A stretch of DNA of 19,436 nt from an uncultured Thermoplasmatales archaeon (GTDB lineage: Archaea; Thermoplasmatota; E2; UBA202; DSCA01), in contig CAZESS010000028.1 of assembly GCA_964514975.1 (NCBI GenBank), positions 1 through 19,436 on the forward strand. Direction: 5' to 3'. Each line of letters begins with the position of its first letter. Within the stretch, counting starts at the first letter, position 1. The notes under the pieces are model-generated. The model was not told the origin of the DNA. It saw nothing but the letters and a program-made list of their open reading frames with translations, and searched no databases. Position numbers and translations under genes: made by a program. Of the stretch, positions 19,291 through 19,436 are shown piece by piece.

Positions 19291-19298
19291 TTATATAA
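19291..19298 (-). promoter_or_regulatory. TATA box of leuS (palindromic TTATATAA, potentially bidirectional)
   Basis: TTATATAA about 21 nt upstream of ATG 19269, with no SD. Confidence 0.65.
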
Positions 19299-19309
19299 GG
19301 GTTATGACC

Positions 19310-19384
19310 CTGGCCGGAGGCACAGCGCAGTAGCTTGTAAAATCAAGTTTACAGGCCGTGCGACGGCCTGTCAACCCCCGCCAG
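19310..19384. other. Structured non-coding element (nested/alternative hairpins), unidentified
   Basis: Perfect 9-bp hairpin ACAGGCCGT-GCG-ACGGCCTGT (19351-19371). Overlapping alternative stem 19333-19356. Closing stem 19310-19320/19375-19384. Confidence 0.4.
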
Positions 19385-19436
19385 TAGTTCCGAATCCCAA
19401 AAAATGCCAAGGAAGCATGATTTTATAGAGAAGGAT

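Noticed and set aside
19311-19398. Possible tRNA (CCA at 19381-19383, GTTCCGAATCCC resembling a T-loop), SRP RNA or cobalamin riboswitch
   Set aside because: No cloverleaf with a proper D arm, 7-nt anticodon loop and T arm in order. SRP and B12 consensus motifs are absent.
19404-19436. Open frame MPRKHDFIEKD running off the window
   Set aside because: Only 11 codons visible and no SD, so it cannot be supported.

Overview
GC-rich archaeal chromosomal segment. Archaeal PCNA, archaeal-type LeuRS, TATA promoters, a box C/D sRNA and a bacterial-type gyrase together suggest Thermoplasmatota or a related euryarchaeal lineage (inference). Order: gyrB (5'-truncated)-gyrA, a LarA-family racemase with its Ni-ligand His apparently replaced by Tyr, an orphan receiver-domain protein, a sequon-rich DUF3160 lipoprotein (-), a nitroreductase (-), pcn, an intergenic box C/D guide RNA predicted to target 16S C1402, a six-gene overlapping operon, leuS (-), and a structured non-coding element at the right edge. 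The operon encodes an alkyl-DHAP-synthase-like flavoprotein, a GlpC/GlcF-like Fe-S/CCG protein, a BON-fused GlpA-like G3P dehydrogenase, an NAD(P)/FAD oxidoreductase, a DUF1667 protein and a GK5-like kinase. It is the best candidate for an undescribed system. Its components look adapted to a lipid-substituted glycerol (e.g. 1-O-alkylglycerol ether-lipid salvage or cleavage via G3P/DHAP) rather than free glycerol. All family assignments are from motif recognition by eye; no searches were run.
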